Source: Allosphingosinicella sp.
GTDB taxonomy: Bacteria > Pseudomonadota > Alphaproteobacteria > Sphingomonadales > Sphingomonadaceae
Assembly: GCA_036386845.1 (NCBI GenBank)
Contig: DASVUW010000348.1
Coordinates: 1-49,979, forward strand
Reading direction: 5' to 3'
DNA: 49,979 bases
Part shown: in pieces, positions 8,497-19,386 of the stretch
Position numbering within the stretch: position 1 is the first letter of the stretch
How the letters are laid out: each line of letters starts with the position of its first letter
The notes under the pieces: model-generated
Database searches by the model: none
Seen by the model: only the letters and a program-made list of their open reading frames with translations
What the model was told of the DNA's origin: nothing
Made by a program: the position numbers and the translations under genes

Positions 8497-10413
8497 CTAG
8501 ATTTCCTCGTAGCGAGCGAGGAGCTCGTCCACCGAGCTTTCGATGAAGCCGCCGCGCTTGAGGGTCAGGCCGTATTTGAGGCAGACCGGCCCGGAAAGCT
8601 CGAGGAGACACCACAGCGTGCTGCCTTGACCGTAGTTGCGAACCGCGATCAGCGCTCCATAGGCGATGGCGAATTTCAGCACTGATAGGAGCTCTGAATC
8701 GCCGGCGAGGAACGCCGGCATCTCTTTCTCTTCGATCGCGATGGCGTTCGCTCCCTGCCCGAGCGAGGCGTTGCCTGCCTGGGTGCGACGGTCGCACTCC
8801 GCTGCGAGCCAATCGATGAAGTCGCGAACTCGGCGCGCGTAGGGAAAGCCCCAATTATCGATCATCTCGCTGGCTTGGGTGGCGAGCGCGGCCTGCTGCT
8901 GGGCTGGCGTGAGGGCGGGATCGAGGTTGCGGATGGCTTTCGTCTCCATCCTGGCGACGAGCCGGCCGGCCAACTGGAGGAACAGCTCGGCGTTCTCGTT
9001 GCTGGCGTCACAAAGGTCGGAGAAGCCGTAATGGACTGGGCGGCCAAACCTTTTGTGGAGCTGAAGCCGCGCCCCTTCGGCTATGCCCGCATTGGCTTTG
9101 AGGGGTTTGGGCGGCTCAGGATCGGTGTCGAAGAGACTGAGATTCTTCCCTTCGAGCCGCTTTCTGTATCGATGGAGGAGGATACGCTGCATGGCCAGGC
9201 GGACCTCTTCGCCGGTGTCGTTGCCGCGGCCTCCTTTGGCGCTGCGTGCGTAGAGGTCGACGATCTTCGCGATCTTCTCGCGCCTGTTCGGATGAATTTC
9301 GAGCGCCCTCTGCTCGCGGTCGACGAGCTCCTTCAGCTCCTCGAGCTTGCCCGGAGGAAGCTGCGGCGGCTCCTCGGGGAGCAATGGTGCGAATTGCGTA
9401 TAGTGCCGCCCTTGGAGGGACTTTACGAGGGCGAGGTACCGGTTGGCCATGTCGGAGGCCATTTTGCGGAACTGTTTACGTTCGTCCCCGCGCGTGCCTT
9501 GTGACTGCATGAAGATATCGAGATAGTCTCGGCCGGCCTTCATTCCGGGGATGGCTTCGTCGGGCGAGCGGAACGCTGCTGTCGGGGTGAGTGTGTCGAG
9601 CCGCATCATCAACCAGCGGCCGATCCGCATTTCGCGCCGCGCGAGGATTCGGAAGAGCGCGCCCAGCTGGTCCGGATGGAGCGTATGGACGTCGTCGAGG
9701 ATGACGAGCGGCTTGAGGCGGATCCGATTGCCCTCGATCCAGGAAATTTCGATCTCGCGGATTACCTCGAACGGCTGATAGGGCTCTCGAGCTCGGTCGG
9801 AAATTTGGCTAAGGTCCGGCGGGAGAAGGCTCGATCCGATCGGGTAGACCGCCGCTTCGACCTCTCGGGCGCGCTCATATATGCCTTCGGACGTAGCGCC
9901 GCCGATCTGGTCGAGCTGAGCGTCTCCGTCGTCCTTGAGGATGAATTTGATGTCGCCGATCTTTCGGCGCCGTTCCGCCGTGAGGTTGCGGAACAGGCTG
10001 AGGATCGATCTTGCCTGGACGAGCGAGAAGATTAGGCGGGTTCGAACCGATTCGTCGTAGGGCAGCTCCCAGAAATCGCGATATTCCGATTCCATTGGGA
10101 TGCGGACGGCGGCGGTGCTCGGCACTCCGTCTTGGATGAATCCGCATTGGGCGAGAGCGGACGCGAGGGCGCGGTTTCCCTCGCGGTGCTGGTTTCGCAT
10201 GATCGATTCGACGAGCCTGAACTCGGCGAGCATCGCCATCATTGTCTTGCCGCTGCCAGGAGTGCCGATGACTCGGACCGGCAGGTCGAACAGCAGGCCT
10301 TTCTTCGCGTGGGGGGCGATGAAAGTGGTGAGAGGCTCCGGGCTGACAATCGAGAGGAAGGCGGAGTCGTCCCGGATGTATTCGGTCGCGCGGCGGAGGA
10401 AAGGGTTCGTCAT
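8497..10413 (-). CDS. P-loop NTPase, STAND/ORC-CDC6-like AAA+ (638 aa)
   Basis: MTNPF start, Walker A GTPGSGKT, Walker B VILDDVH; ATG 1 bp after the upstream stop. Confidence 0.8.
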   Translation of the reverse strand: MTNPFLRRATEYIRDDSAFLSIVSPEPLTTFIAPHAKKGLLFDLPVRVIGTPGSGKTMMAMLAEFRLVESIMRNQHREGNRALASALAQCGFIQDGVPSTAAVRIPMESEYRDFWELPYDESVRTRLIFSLVQARSILSLFRNLTAERRRKIGDIKFILKDDGDAQLDQIGGATSEGIYERAREVEAAVYPIGSSLLPPDLSQISDRAREPYQPFEVIREIEISWIEGNRIRLKPLVILDDVHTLHPDQLGALFRILARREMRIGRWLMMRLDTLTPTAAFRSPDEAIPGMKAGRDYLDIFMQSQGTRGDERKQFRKMASDMANRYLALVKSLQGRHYTQFAPLLPEEPPQLPPGKLEELKELVDREQRALEIHPNRREKIAKIVDLYARSAKGGRGNDTGEEVRLAMQRILLHRYRKRLEGKNLSLFDTDPEPPKPLKANAGIAEGARLQLHKRFGRPVHYGFSDLCDASNENAELFLQLAGRLVARMETKAIRNLDPALTPAQQQAALATQASEMIDNWGFPYARRVRDFIDWLAAECDRRTQAGNASLGQGANAIAIEEKEMPAFLAGDSELLSVLKFAIAYGALIAVRNYGQGSTLWCLLELSGPVCLKYGLTLKRGGFIESSVDELLARYEEI

Positions 10414-10414
10414 G

Positions 10415-11539
10415 TCAGCCGTGCCTGTCCCGTCGATGGAAGAGGGGGCGCATGCGGTGCCTCCCGGCCTCTCCTGAAGTTTCTGCCCAGAGGAGCGAGA
10501 TGCTGTTGTTGGGCGTATTGTGCTCCATGACCACGGGCAGCGCGCATTCCGCATAGCCGCGCCTCAGGTGGGTCTGCCCTGGACAATGTTTCTGCAGCCG
10601 GTCGAAGAGCGCGCGGTCGTAGTAGCGGTCGCACAGGCCCAGGATCCCCGGATCCGTTGTCGCCGTGAGTTGCGCGCTCGAGGGGAGCAGCAGGCCCTCT
10701 GTGATCGTGTAGCGGCCATAGGACTTTGCTTCCCATTCCGCCTCGGCCTGGGCGAGGCGCTGGTTAAGCGCCTGCCGCGCTTGGTAGCTGGAAATGTAGT
10801 GGTGGATATGGAGGTCGTATCCGTTCGCGATCGGGAAGTCGTCTCCGAGGCGCTTGCCCGCTTTTGCGACCAGCGCGTTGAACTTGGTGAGCTTACCCTT
10901 CCATCTGCCGTCGGCCTCCTTCCGGATGAATGTCGTGCCGGAAGCGGTGAAGTCGTCGATGAGATAGACGTTGTCGAACTTCGCCCCGGCGCCCTCCTCC
11001 GTCGTAAGGTCCTCTTGTAGGCCCCGCCACTTCTCGTCATCGATGTACATCATCGGGACGACCTGCTCCTGGGATATCCTCCGGTCCGCCCGCCTGAGGA
11101 TATCGATGCGGCTTCCATCGCTGAGGCCGACGAGGAGCGTCCGCCGGAGTCGATTGTCGAAGCGCTCGACGCTCTGAGGCGTCGCCCAGACCTCGTAGGG
11201 CTTGATGCCGAGTTCAGCGGCGACCTGGTGCCGAAGCATCGGCGTGACGGTCTCGGGGATGAACGCTTCGATGACTCGTCGCAGTTCGGCCGGAGATATG
11301 TAGATCAGCCGATTTTTGACGAAGTCGTAGGCAGTCTGCCGATCGGCGGGAGCAAATTGCTTCAGCCAGTTGGCCAGGCTCTCGATGAACCTCGCGCCGG
11401 CACGAAAGTCGCCATAGGTATCGTATTTCACCGCGGACATGAGACGCAGCCAGGCATATTCCTGGGTGGCGGTGCTTTCGTCCGACTCCGCCCAACCCAT
11501 GACCTCGGCAATCAGGTTGAGCGCCATCTTGTCGTTCAT
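10415..11539 (-). CDS. Phosphoribosyltransferase-like protein (conflict-system PRTase type, 374 aa)
   Basis: PRPP-binding loop VYLIDDFTASGTT; GLSDGS; C-terminal GY...HNTPNNSI.LLW...PLF.R. Confidence 0.75.
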   Translation of the reverse strand: MNDKMALNLIAEVMGWAESDESTATQEYAWLRLMSAVKYDTYGDFRAGARFIESLANWLKQFAPADRQTAYDFVKNRLIYISPAELRRVIEAFIPETVTPMLRHQVAAELGIKPYEVWATPQSVERFDNRLRRTLLVGLSDGSRIDILRRADRRISQEQVVPMMYIDDEKWRGLQEDLTTEEGAGAKFDNVYLIDDFTASGTTFIRKEADGRWKGKLTKFNALVAKAGKRLGDDFPIANGYDLHIHHYISSYQARQALNQRLAQAEAEWEAKSYGRYTITEGLLLPSSAQLTATTDPGILGLCDRYYDRALFDRLQKHCPGQTHLRRGYAECALPVVMEHNTPNNSISLLWAETSGEAGRHRMRPLFHRRDRHG

Positions 11540-11819
11540 CGGGTTACCCTGGACTCCATCGGACGCGTCTAGGCCCTCGGCACCTGTGGGTCGAGGGGCG
11601 TAAAACCTCGGGTGTGCCTTCGGCGGACGTAGGGGGCAGCGAGTGTTCTCATCTTGGGAAATTGAGCCTCGTTGGGCAGATCGAGTCCGCGATAGAATAA
11701 GTCGGCGCGGGCGGCGAGTATCGACCGGGCGCACCCATTGAGACTAGTCGTTTGCGGACGGCAGGTTACAACGAGCGCAGGGTGCGACGGGGGCAGCATG
11801 ATCGCGCGGGCTTGTACTT

Positions 11820-12377
11820 ATGGCTAGGCGCCGAGCGCAGTCGAAGAACGACCCTAGCGGGTGCGGTTTGCTGGTCCTGATCCTGGTTATCGTATTCGCG
11901 ATCAGCAAATGCAGTGGTGGCGGCGATGGCACGGTTGATCAGGACGCCGCAAGATTGCCTGAAAGGCCTTCGGGATCGACGGAGATGCGGTTCGTTTCGT
12001 CGGATGCTCTGAACTGCCGGAGTGATGCACGTACGTCGGCGAAGGTCGTATCGCGCTTTGCGTTCGGCGACAGCGTTACGGTTCGGCAGGAGAAGGATGG
12101 CTGGTCGGAGGTCGATGCGGCGGGTACCTCGTGCTGGATGGCCAGTCGCTATCTGGTGGATGCCTATCCGATGCGATCGCGCGAGCCCAGGTCATACACG
12201 CCGGCGCCGCGGGCGGCGGTTCGGCCAAAGCGTGAGCGCGGTCTGCAATGCAGCGGCAAACGCACCTGCGGCGAGATGAACAGCTGCGCCGAGGCGAATT
12301 TCTATCTCGATGAATGCGGCGTTTCACGCTTGGACGGCGACGGAGACGGGGTCCCGTGCGAATCGATATGCGGGTAA
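11820..12377 (+). CDS. Membrane-anchored SH3b + excalibur calcium-binding domain protein
   Basis: N-terminal TM; LNCRS...GWSEV..CWMASRYL (SH3b); C-terminal CGEMNSCAEA...LDGDGDGVPCE. Confidence 0.8.
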   Translation: MARRRAQSKNDPSGCGLLVLILVIVFAISKCSGGGDGTVDQDAARLPERPSGSTEMRFVSSDALNCRSDARTSAKVVSRFAFGDSVTVRQEKDGWSEVDAAGTSCWMASRYLVDAYPMRSREPRSYTPAPRAAVRPKRERGLQCSGKRTCGEMNSCAEANFYLDECGVSRLDGDGDGVPCESICG

Positions 12378-12397
12378 CCCGGCGCTTTGAAGGGAGA

Positions 12398-12757
12398 TCA
12401 ATTCGGCAGGTTGCCATGCTCTTGAAGGAGGCGGGTCATTCGGTCGAAGGCAGTCGCCGAAAGCGTGACGATCGCTCGGCTCATCTCGCCTTTGGCATTT
12501 ACCCGTTCAACCAGGCCGTGCTCTTCCAGCAGATCGAGCCAGCGCACGTCGTCAGCCGCCACTGAGGCGGCTATCGAGGTAGCGATGACTGATACCGGTC
12601 GCGGTTCACTGGCGGCGATGTAGAGATCGAGGAGTAGGTCCCACGCCGGTTCCCCGAAGAGTCCGGGGCCGAACGCCTGATCGCGCATGCGCCGCAGTCG
12701 GTAGAGGCGTCGAGCCTCTTCGAAGGCGCCTGCGGAAGCGTTTCTGAGGCGAGACAT
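12398..12757 (-). CDS. Winged-helix (MarR-like) DNA-binding protein
   Basis: RRMRDQAFGPGLFGEPAWDLLLDLY...RWLDLLEEHGLVER, a family common in sphingomonads. Confidence 0.75.
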   Translation of the reverse strand: MSRLRNASAGAFEEARRLYRLRRMRDQAFGPGLFGEPAWDLLLDLYIAASEPRPVSVIATSIAASVAADDVRWLDLLEEHGLVERVNAKGEMSRAIVTLSATAFDRMTRLLQEHGNLPN

Positions 12758-12980
12758 GGGATGGTTCCGGACGAAAGGTCCGTTTTGGATTATACGAATC
12801 CGCAGGGTTGTCGAGTACCAGCCAACGGAAATGCAGTAATCGTATATATGGGCGGTCCAGTGCTGGTCCGCTGCAGATCCAGCCCCTCGATCCTGTTTGA
12901 CGTGGGCCCGCAACGAAGCGGCCGGGACCGGCGATGAAATGCTCTTGGCATTCCGCGCTGGCGCGGCGACATGGGACGGG

Positions 12981-13883
12981 ATGAAGACGAGCCTCGATCA
13001 TCTGCCGGACGGCAAGCAGCGAGAGCTCGCCTCGGTGGTTCGGATTCTCTTTGAGGAGTTCGAGTCGGTCACCGCACGGGCCAGCCAGCAGTGGAAGAAG
13101 GGCGGCCGCATCCTAAAGGTGGTGCTGTATGGCTCCTATGCCCGGGGAGACTGGGTGGACGATCCGGTCGGTGGGTACAGGTCGGACTACGACATCCTGG
13201 TCGTCGTCAGCGACGAGAGATTAACGGACGTCGTGGATTTTTGGTCGATCGCCGACGATCGGCTCCTGCGGGAGACGTCCATCACCGGGAGCCTGACCGC
13301 GCCCGTCAACTTCATCGTCCACTCTCTTTCAGACGTGAATAGCCAGCTCGAGCGGGGCCGCCCCTTCTTCGTTGATATCGTGGAGCATGGAGCGGTGCTC
13401 TACGAGGCGCAGGGCTTCGCTTTCACGACGCCGAGGAAGCTGCCGGAGGAACAGGCTAAGGTCGAAGCTAAGGCCTATTTCAATGAATGGTATCCCAGCG
13501 CTGAGCGCCGTTTCGATCTTGCCCGCACGGCGGCCGACAAGGGATATTGGAAGGAAGCTGCCTTCGACCTCCATCAGACGGCGGAGCGGCTATATCATTG
13601 CCTGCTGCTCGTTCTGACGCTCTACAGCCCGAAGTCGCACAAGCTGAATTTCCTGCGATCCCAAGCCGAGCAGATCGCTCCGGAGTTGATCGGGGCTTGG
13701 CCACGGGAAGCCAAGTTCGAGCGCCGGGCTTTCGAGCTGCTGCGACAGGCCTACGTGAACGCGCGTTACTCGCCGCACTACAGGATCTCTGAGAAGGAGA
13801 TCGCCTGGCTCACCGAGCATATCACCGTGCTCAAGCAGCTGGTTGAGCGCACCTGCCGTGAGAGGCTGGGGCAGAACGGCTAG
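12981..13883 (+). CDS. Nucleotidyltransferase (MNT) - HEPN fusion protein
   Basis: MKTSLDHLP start; LYGSYARGDW...SDYDILVVV; C-terminal AAFDLHQTAE...H.L..L...AYVNARY. Confidence 0.88.
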   Translation: MKTSLDHLPDGKQRELASVVRILFEEFESVTARASQQWKKGGRILKVVLYGSYARGDWVDDPVGGYRSDYDILVVVSDERLTDVVDFWSIADDRLLRETSITGSLTAPVNFIVHSLSDVNSQLERGRPFFVDIVEHGAVLYEAQGFAFTTPRKLPEEQAKVEAKAYFNEWYPSAERRFDLARTAADKGYWKEAAFDLHQTAERLYHCLLLVLTLYSPKSHKLNFLRSQAEQIAPELIGAWPREAKFERRAFELLRQAYVNARYSPHYRISEKEIAWLTEHITVLKQLVERTCRERLGQNG

Positions 13884-13913
13884 AGAGGGTTACAGGCACG
13901 GGATCCAGGTCGC

Positions 13914-13944
13914 TTGACTCTGACATGGTGTCAAACACCATGTG
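13914..13944 (+). promoter_or_regulatory. MerR/CueR-type promoter (19-bp spacer) for the Cu-ATPase-cueR operon
   Basis: TTGACT, 19-bp spacer containing dyad TGACA-TGG-TGTCA, then CATGTG. Confidence 0.75.
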
Positions 13945-13992
13945 AGGTTCCACGGAAGCCGAATCGGCGGCTTCGTCGAGGAGGACCGTGCT

Positions 13993-16346
<2,354 letters not shown>

Positions 16347-16350
<4 letters not shown>

Positions 16351-16742
16351 AGATCGGGCAGGCTTCGGTCGAGAGCGGCGTCAGCCAGCGGATGATCCGC
16401 CACTACGAGTCGATCGGGCTGATCGGCAAGGCGGCGCGGCGGGACTCAGGCTACCGCGACTATGACGAGCGGGACATCCACACCCTCCGCTTCATCCGCC
16501 GCGCGAGGGACCTGGGGTTTCCCATCGAGGAGATCGGCCAGCTGCTGGCGCTCTGGCAGGATCGCGGCCGTGCGAGCGCGGACGTGAAGGCCCTGGCCCT
16601 GGCCTGGGCCGCGGAGCTGAAGCGCAAGGCGAAGGAGCTGGACGCCATGAGGAAGTCGCTCGAGCATCTGGCGGCCAATTGCCACGGCGACGATCGCCCC
16701 GACTGCCCGATCCTGGGCGGCTTGGAGGGGACGGCGTCATGA
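16347..16742 (+). CDS. cueR: Cu(I)-responsive MerR-family regulator
   Basis: MKIGQAS..SGVS..MIRHYE HTH; C-terminal [12 protein letters not shown]. Confidence 0.93.
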
Positions 16743-17215
16743 ACATCCGATTCCGGACCATTGTAACCGGCGGCCTGGCGGCCTATCTGCCCCGCGTGTC
16801 CCTGACGCGTTTCATCCGGTTCCTTACCATCCTTGCGCTGGCCCTGTCGCCGCTCGCCACCTTCGTCGCCGCGCCCGCGTCGGCGACCGCGCATCATGCG
16901 GCGATGGCGGCCCAAGGCCACCAGATGGACGGTCACGAAATGCCTGGCCATGACAAGGTCGGCGATGCCTCGATGGCGGCTATGCAGCTTTGTAAGGACA
17001 TGGGCGACCAGCCGATGGACCAGCCTTGCGGGTCCGGCGATAGTGACTGCGTCAAGGCCTGTGCCGCCGTTCCCGCGATCCCGGCCGTTGGCGGCCAGCT
17101 CGAACCACAGGTCCTGAACCATGGTCCCCAGCGGATGCCGGCTCTGGTATCCGTGCCCCACGGCCTCGTGCCCGAGGCGGCGACTCCCCCTCCCCGAGGA
17201 CTCCTGAAGATCTGA
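16739..17215 (+). CDS. CutF/CopL-like exported leader protein with CxxxC and C-terminal PPPR motif
   Basis: Signal peptide (LTILALALSPLATFVAAPASA), His/Met-rich middle, DCVKAC, PEAATPPPRG near stop; start ATG 16739 (or GTG 16796). Confidence 0.7.
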   Translation: MNIRFRTIVTGGLAAYLPRVSLTRFIRFLTILALALSPLATFVAAPASATAHHAAMAAQGHQMDGHEMPGHDKVGDASMAAMQLCKDMGDQPMDQPCGSGDSDCVKACAAVPAIPAVGGQLEPQVLNHGPQRMPALVSVPHGLVPEAATPPPRGLLKI

Positions 17216-17239
17216 GACCTTTCTCGATTTTCCAGGAGT
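17200..17239 (+). promoter_or_regulatory. Hairpin sequestering the Shine-Dalgarno of the next gene
   Basis: ACTCCTG (17200-17206) pairs with CAGGAGT (17233-17239); inner AAGATC/GATTTT and GAGA/TCTC stems; spans the stop of the leader ORF. Confidence 0.7.
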
Positions 17240-17245
17240 GACACC

Positions 17246-17479
17246 ATGAAGAAGATGTTGGCCGCGCTCGCGCTTGCGATCGCTCTCCCCGCCGTTGCCC
17301 ATGCTCAGGCAGCTCCCGCTCCCGCTCCCGCGCCGGAGAAGAAGATGGAGTGCTGCTGCGAGAAGATGGGCATGAAGATGGACTGCTGCGACAAGCACGG
17401 CAAAGCCGCTGCTGGTCACGATGAGCATGCCGGCCACGACATGAGCCAGCATCAGCAGCACCAGAAGCCCCAGCAGTAA
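17246..17479 (+). CDS. Small secreted Cys/Met/His-rich metal-binding protein
   Basis: Signal peptide AVAHA; MECCCEKMGMKMDCCDKH, HDEHAGHDMS; AGGAG RBS. Confidence 0.8.
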   Translation: MKKMLAALALAIALPAVAHAQAAPAPAPAPEKKMECCCEKMGMKMDCCDKHGKAAAGHDEHAGHDMSQHQQHQKPQQ

Positions 17480-17487
17480 TTGATGTC

Positions 17488-17511
17488 GCGAGGCGGCAGC
17501 TGCCGCCTCGC
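17488..17511. terminator. GC-rich perfect palindrome (hairpin; terminator or mRNA-stability element)
   Basis: GCGAGGCGGCAG/CTGCCGCCTCGC directly after the stop; no strong U-tract. Confidence 0.5.
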
Positions 17512-17565
17512 ACTCGGCTGACGGCCTGCGCGCGTCTTCGAAGGCGCTCGCGAGTGAGGATTATC

Positions 17566-19386
17566 ATGGATCAGTTTTCAGTAGACCGCCGGACGCTGCT
17601 CCGCGCCGGAGCCTTGGGTACCATTGGCGTCGGCATGCCGGGCCTGTTCCCCGCCTGGGCGCAAAGCGGGACGAGTGGCCTTGCGCCGACCCTGCCGACG
17701 CTTTCGGGCGAGAACATCGCGCTGGAGATCGGCAAGACTCCCTTCAAAGTGCGCGGCCGAAGCGTCCATGCGGTGACGATCAACGGCACCGTGCCGGGCC
17801 CGCTGCTGCGGTTGCGGGAGGGTCAGAACGTCCGGATCACGGTGAACAACCGCCTGGACGAGGATACCTCAATCCATTGGCACGGCTTCATCCTGCCGTT
17901 CCAGATGGACGGCGTGCCCGGCGTCAGCTTTCCCGGGATCAAGGCGAAGTCGACGTTCGTCTATGAGTTCCCAATCCGGCAGTCGGGCACCTACTGGTAT
18001 CACAGCCATTCCGGGCTTCAGGAGCAGCTCGGCCATTACGGGCCGATCGTGATCGATCCCGCTGGCGCCGACCCGGTCGGCTACGACCGCGAGCATGTGA
18101 TCGTGCTCTCCGACTGGACCTTCCGGCACCCGCACGAGCTCATCACGAAGCTGAAGAAGGAAGGCGGCTATTTCAACCGGCAGAAGATGACCCTGCTTGG
18201 GCGCCTTAGCGGCGATCCCGAGCAGCAGATGCCGGCCGCCGACCGGAAGATGTTCGCCAAGATGCGGATGGACCCGGCCGACATCCTCGACGTGACCGCC
18301 GCCGCCTACACCTATCTGATCAACGGCCATGGCCCGGCCGACAATTGGACCGGCCTGTTCAGGCCCGGCGAGCGGGTTCGGCTGCGGATCATCAACGCCG
18401 CCGCGATGACGATCTTCAATATCCGGATTCCGGGTTTGGACATGAAGGTGGTCGCCACCGACGGCCAGAACGTGGTGCCGGTCGAGGTCCATGAGCTTCA
18501 GATCGGCAATGCCGAGACCTATGACGTGATCGTCGAGCCTCGGGACCAGGCTTACACCTTCGTCGCCGAGGCGATGGACCGCTCAGGGATGGGCTTGGCG
18601 ACCCTTGCGCCCCGGATGGGGATGACCGCCGCAATCCCCCCACTCAGGCAGCGTCCCGTCCTGACGATGAAGGACATGGGCATGGGCGGCATGGACCACG
18701 GCTCGATGGGTCACGGTGCTGGCGGCCGCGCGGCCGCGGGCGGCGCCATGGCTGGGATGGATCATGGAAGCCACTCCGCCTCGTCGAGCGGCGGCGGGTC
18801 TTCGCCGACCTCGATGGACATGAGCGGCATGAACATGCGCGACAAGTCAAAGGTGCCGCCGCACGTCAAGGTCGGGGTCGGCGTCGACTCAATCGCGATG
18901 GCGCCCGTCGACCGCACCGGAGACCCGGGCCTCGGCTTGGACGGGGTCGGGCACAAGGTGCTGACCTACCGCGATCTGCGGGCTCTGACCCCGAGCACGG
19001 ACACCAGAGTTCCCGCGAGGACCGTCGAGATTCACCTGACCGGCAACATGGAGCGCTTCATGTGGTCGATCGACGGGGAGAAGTTCAGCGAGAATCCCGA
19101 GCCGATCCGCTTCGAGCGGAACGAGCGGGTCCGGGTGACGATGATCAACCACTCGATGATGACTCACCCGATGCACATCCACGGCCATTTCTTCGAGGTC
19201 GTGAACGGGCAGGAGGCGAAGCCGATCAAGCACACGGTGATGGTGCTGCCCGGGGCGAAGCTGAGTTTCGACATGACCGCCGACGCGCCCGGCGACTGGG
19301 CGTTCCACTGCCACCTCCTGCTCCACATGCACGCCGGGATGATGCGTGTCGTGACGGTGCGGCCCCTCGATGGAGACGCGGCATGA
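17566..19386 (+). CDS. copA: Copper-resistance multicopper oxidase
   Basis: Tat signal DRRTLL; HWHG, WYHSH, HPMHIHGH, HCHLLLHM copper ligands; Met-rich insert. Confidence 0.96.
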   Translation: MDQFSVDRRTLLRAGALGTIGVGMPGLFPAWAQSGTSGLAPTLPTLSGENIALEIGKTPFKVRGRSVHAVTINGTVPGPLLRLREGQNVRITVNNRLDEDTSIHWHGFILPFQMDGVPGVSFPGIKAKSTFVYEFPIRQSGTYWYHSHSGLQEQLGHYGPIVIDPAGADPVGYDREHVIVLSDWTFRHPHELITKLKKEGGYFNRQKMTLLGRLSGDPEQQMPAADRKMFAKMRMDPADILDVTAAAYTYLINGHGPADNWTGLFRPGERVRLRIINAAAMTIFNIRIPGLDMKVVATDGQNVVPVEVHELQIGNAETYDVIVEPRDQAYTFVAEAMDRSGMGLATLAPRMGMTAAIPPLRQRPVLTMKDMGMGGMDHGSMGHGAGGRAAAGGAMAGMDHGSHSASSSGGGSSPTSMDMSGMNMRDKSKVPPHVKVGVGVDSIAMAPVDRTGDPGLGLDGVGHKVLTYRDLRALTPSTDTRVPARTVEIHLTGNMERFMWSIDGEKFSENPEPIRFERNERVRVTMINHSMMTHPMHIHGHFFEVVNGQEAKPIKHTVMVLPGAKLSFDMTADAPGDWAFHCHLLLHMHAGMMRVVTVRPLDGDAA

